A stretch of DNA of 64,000 nucleotides from SAR202 cluster bacterium bin90. Lineage in GTDB: Bacteria; Chloroflexota; Dehalococcoidia; Lucifugimonadales; JADFKI01. Location: NCBI GenBank assembly GCA_002238855.1, contig MPND01000006.1, forward strand, positions 35,943 to 99,942, written 5' to 3'. The position numbers and the translations under genes are program-made. The notes below the pieces were generated by a model. The model ran no database searches. It saw only the letters and a program-made list of their open reading frames with translations, and was not told the origin of the DNA. Shown here one piece after another: positions 62,622-64,000 of this stretch (its first letter is position 1; each line of letters starts with the position of its first letter).

Positions 62622-64000
62622 ATGCCAGACTTCTTGACCGGCGACGAAATACGAGAAAAGTTCCTCAGCTACTTCGAGGCGCAGGGACACACTAGGCACG
62701 CGAGCTCATCGCTGATCCCGGTCGGCGACCCCACGCTCCTACTGACTACCGCTGGCATGGTCCAGTTCAAACCCTACTTCACCGGCGAGGCGGAGCCGTC
62801 CAACAGGCGCGCCACCACCTCCCAGAAGTGCTTCCGCACCCCTGACATCGAGGAGGTCGGCGACGCCACCCACAACACCCTCTTCGAAATGCTTGGCAAC
62901 TTCAGCTTCGGCGACTACTTCAAGTCAAACGCCGTCGATTTCGCCGTCGAGCTTATGACCGAAGGCTACGGTATCCCGCTCGACAAATTCTCCGCCGCAA
63001 TCCACAACACCGACGAGGAGACCCGCGGCCTGTGGGAGGCAAAAGGCATTCCCGCCGACAAGGTGTACAGCTACGGCGACGACGAAAACTGGTGGGGACC
63101 GGCAGGCGACGAAGGCCCCTGCGGACCCTGCAGCGAGCTTCACTACGACTACGGCGCAGAATTCGGCTGCCTGCAGGACGACTGCGCCCCCAACTGCACC
63201 AACGTAATGGCGGACGGCGTCGTCTGCGACCGCTACGTCGAGTTGTGGAACCTCGTCTTCATGCAGTACTACCACCACCTCGACGGCACGCGCACACCTC
63301 TGCCCGCGCCCAGCGTGGACACCGGCATGGGCTTCGAGCGACTAGTCCGCATCCTGCAAGATGTAAACACCGCCTACGAGACCGACCTCTTCACGCCCAT
63401 CATCGCCGCCGTAGAGCGCGTCAGCGGCAAGAGCTACGACAACCCCGACGACACCTACGCCATCCGCGTGGTCGCAGAGCACGGTCGCAGCGTAACCTTC
63501 CTCATCGCAGACGGCGTAGTCCCCGGCAATGAAGGTCGCGGCTACGTCCTGCGCCGGGTCATCCGCCGAGCCATCCGCTACGCCCGCAGGCTGGGCATCG
63601 AAGGCAACTTCCTCGGCGAAATTGCCGACGCCACCATCGACAGAATGGGCAAGGTCTACCCCGAACTCGTAAACAACCGTGACTTCATTCTCACCGTGCT
63701 CCGCCTCGAAGAAGAACGCTTCCAGCAGGCATTCCAGAACGGCTACAACATGCTCACGGAAGCATTGGAAGATGTGAAAACCCTCGACGGCTCAACCATG
63801 TTCCGCCTCTGGGACACCTACGGCTTCCCACCCGAAATGACGCAGGAAATCGCTGCTGAGCAGGGCGTTTCCGTGGACACCGAAGGCTTCGAGCGCGAGA
63901 TGGAAGCGCAGCGCCAGCGCGGCAGGGCGTCCGCCCAGTTCGGCGAGGAGCTTGCCAAGATCCAGCAGTACCAGAGCCTCGGCGTAGGCGCAACCCAATT
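62622..64000 (+). CDS. alaS: Alanine--tRNA ligase, N-terminal part (continues beyond the window end)
   Basis: Translation from ATG 62622 is MPDFLTGDEIREKFLSYFEAQGHTRHASSSLIPVGDPTLLLTTAGMVQFKPYF...FEMLGNFSFGDYFK...WGP.GPCGPCSE, which are class II AlaRS motifs. It is open to position 64000, so it is absent from the ORF track. Confidence 0.95.
   Translation, partial: MPDFLTGDEIREKFLSYFEAQGHTRHASSSLIPVGDPTLLLTTAGMVQFKPYFTGEAEPSNRRATTSQKCFRTPDIEEVGDATHNTLFEMLGNFSFGDYFKSNAVDFAVELMTEGYGIPLDKFSAAIHNTDEETRGLWEAKGIPADKVYSYGDDENWWGPAGDEGPCGPCSELHYDYGAEFGCLQDDCAPNCTNVMADGVVCDRYVELWNLVFMQYYHHLDGTRTPLPAPSVDTGMGFERLVRILQDVNTAYETDLFTPIIAAVERVSGKSYDNPDDTYAIRVVAEHGRSVTFLIADGVVPGNEGRGYVLRRVIRRAIRYARRLGIEGNFLGEIADATIDRMGKVYPELVNNRDFILTVLRLEEERFQQAFQNGYNMLTEALEDVKTLDGSTMFRLWDTYGFPPEMTQEIAAEQGVSVDTEGFEREMEAQRQRGRASAQFGEELAKIQQYQSLGVGATQ

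Overview
High-GC bacterial chromosomal segment with no rRNA, tRNA, CRISPR array, transposase or integrase that I can recognise. Gene content (PPOX/F420-type enzymes, a PyrR attenuator, a CxxxY-type CcmE, abundant 'PLPxxERG'-type intergenic hairpin repeats) suggests a Chloroflexota-like organism, but that is inference only. The core genes are pyrR-pyrB-pyrC-carA-carB, purB, alaS (5' part, runs off the window end), ccmCDE, a fused EtfB-EtfA, and many oxidoreductases, transferases and transporters. Short AT-richer accessory insertions are spread among them.

Main observations:
1. A YceI-like/DsbA-like lipoprotein gene is interrupted by an in-frame TGA exactly where the first Cys of the DsbA CPYC motif should be. 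It is probably a selenoprotein.
2. A stand-alone TIR-domain protein with an unassigned C-terminal domain sits in a single-gene AT-rich islet. It is a candidate anti-phage or NADase effector.
3. Three small cargo cassettes (hicBA, hicAB, a Uma2-family endonuclease) are each bracketed by a direct duplication of the 3' end of the adjacent host gene: an intact copy on the gene and a decaying relic beyond the cargo. No recombinase is present, which points to a recurrent insertion route targeted at gene 3' ends.
4. Three toxin-antitoxin modules are associated with the pyrimidine operon: two interrupt it and a third abuts its 3' end. The window holds nine TA loci in total.
5. An sbcC/rad50-like ATPase has no sbcD partner and is flanked by TA modules.
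6. An AT-rich islet carries a possible PD-(D/E)xK protein.
7. At least three families of REP-like hairpin repeats populate the intergenic regions.

All calls come from reading the translations and the DNA by eye. No database search was run.
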